Source of the DNA: an uncultured Dehalococcoidia bacterium
Lineage (GTDB): Bacteria > Chloroflexota > Dehalococcoidia > Lucifugimonadales > UBA2962
Direction: 5' to 3'
Assembly (NCBI GenBank): GCA_964477845.1
Contig: CAYZES010000008.1
Coordinates: 3,749-67,748 of the forward strand
Length of the DNA stretch: 64,000 nucleotides
Of this stretch, positions 63,954-64,000 are shown piece by piece. The position numbers and the translations under genes are program-made. Under the pieces are notes generated by a model. The model was not told the origin of the DNA and made no database searches. It worked only from the letters and a program-made list of their open reading frames with translations. Each line of letters starts with the position of its first letter. The first letter of the stretch is position 1.

Positions 63954-64000
63954 GGTTGGTGCTCCTGGGCGTCTAGTATGCGACGGCCATCGTAACCGCT

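Noticed and set aside
1-64000. CRISPR arrays, rRNA or tRNA genes, IS elements, integrases, phage genes, toxin-antitoxin pairs or defence islands
   Set aside because: I saw no direct-repeat arrays, no tRNA T-loop/acceptor patterns and no transposase-, integrase- or nuclease-like ORFs. Coding density and composition look uniform, so there is no sign of an accessory island.

Overview
GC-rich, densely coding bacterial chromosomal segment. About 65 CDS could be supported. I saw no rRNA, tRNA, CRISPR array, transposase or integrase. Many genes are joined by 1-19 nt overlaps (ATGA, TAGTG, TAATG), so the window is mostly long operons. Content in order: rplJ-rplL, not followed by rpoBC; a LarA-family / M20 peptidase pair divergent from a double-SIS protein; cupin / ketopantoate-reductase-family / cupin; an MFS transporter; Ni-superoxide dismutase (sodN), with an S26 peptidase about 2 kb away; a tetrapyrrole operon (fused AhbA/B-type siroheme decarboxylase, SirC-like, hemC, cobA-hemD fusion, hemB); pcm, gatB, secG; a DUF62/SAM hydroxide adenosyltransferase-like gene; SDR; ispD-ispF-cysS; a LysR-EVE bicistron; a DUF1802-like/AKR pair; a Yip1-like protein; TatD; an orphan family-5 solute-binding lipoprotein; a suf operon (sufB-C-D-sufU-rrf2-rieske-sufS-sufU); a long minus-strand hopanoid operon (polyprenyl synthase, hpnH, hpnG, shc, squalene/phytoene-synthase family) that continues without a break into a dehydrogenase / FGGY kinase / class II aldolase / unknown / SDR epimerase / IUNH nucleosidase block; an 11-gene nuo operon (A-B-C-D-H-I-J-K-L-M-N, no E/F/G) with an extra small ORF between nuoK and nuoL; nadK; a NUDIX hydrolase; and a luciferase-like (LLM) oxidoreductase. 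The most interesting candidate is the six-gene sugar-type enzyme block fused to the hopanoid operon. It may process the ribosylhopane side chain, a step with no assigned enzyme. Other notable items are a perfect 25-bp palindrome over the suf promoter, duplicated SufU plus Rrf2 and Rieske genes inside the suf operon, a siroheme-decarboxylase (alternative haem or d1-type) operon, and the small ORF embedded in nuo. All family calls come from reading motifs by eye; no database search was run. Lineage cannot be determined from this window; the gene content (SufU-type suf, Ni-SOD, LLM, gatB, hopanoids) is only loosely suggestive of a Chloroflexota- or Actinomycetota-like organism.
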